Of a stretch of DNA of 64,000 bases, positions 63,797-64,000 are shown one piece after another. The notes under the pieces are model-generated. The model had not been told where the DNA came from, did not search any database, and saw only the letters and a program-made list of their open reading frames with translations. Made by a program: the position numbers and the translations under genes. Position 1 is the stretch's first letter. Each line of letters starts with the position of its first letter. The DNA comes from Octopus vulgaris. Taxonomy: Eukaryota. The stretch lies in assembly GCA_951406725.2 (NCBI GenBank), contig OX597818.1:29822001-29886000 (forward strand). The letters are read 5' to 3'.

Positions 63797-64000
63797 TTAA
63801 TCGACTAGCCCCCGCCCCCTCCACACAAATTTCAGGCCTTGTGTCTTTAGTAGAAAGGATTATTATTATTATTATTCTTTTTTACTCTTGGCACAAGGCC
63901 TGAAAATTTTGGGACGGGGGCCAATCGATTAGATCAACCCCAGTATGCAACTGGTACTTAATTTATTGACCCGAAAGGATGAAAGGCAAAGTCGACTCCG
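63797..64000. mobile_element. Two family-A SINE 3' halves arranged tail-to-tail around (ATT)n
   Basis: 63797-63860 (+) and 63885-64000 (-, runs off the window). Confidence 0.75.

Overview
AT-rich eukaryotic (metazoan) genomic DNA. The SINE, RTE-LINE and microsatellite repertoire strongly resembles an Octopus (coleoid cephalopod) genome; this is inferred from repeat sequences, not proven. Three host genes are supported. (1) ILRUN/C6orf106 on + has a clear first coding exon at 8968-9125 and a probable last exon at 21703-21807; its middle exons were not found and probably lie in the 100-N gap. (2) A CEP44 homolog on + has an intronless CDS (38943-40289) with an RFX X-box-like motif upstream. (3) A spliced, intact PdxS/SNZ/PDX1 pyridoxal-5'-phosphate (vitamin B6) synthase gene on - has 7 GT-AG exons in the window (55991 to 45490) and lacks its start exon. 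The rest is mostly transposon debris: RLE-type non-LTR, RTE, CR1-like and Penelope-like retroelements, tRNA-derived SINEs, Chapaev3-, Sola2- and mariner-like DNA transposons, a Helitron, MITEs and large (TA)n/(CA)n tracts. The most notable observations are the vitamin-B6 synthase in an animal, a solo LTR carrying a perfect 7-unit heat-shock element next to its TATA box, two hammerhead-ribozyme-like motifs, and several long fold-back inverted repeats.
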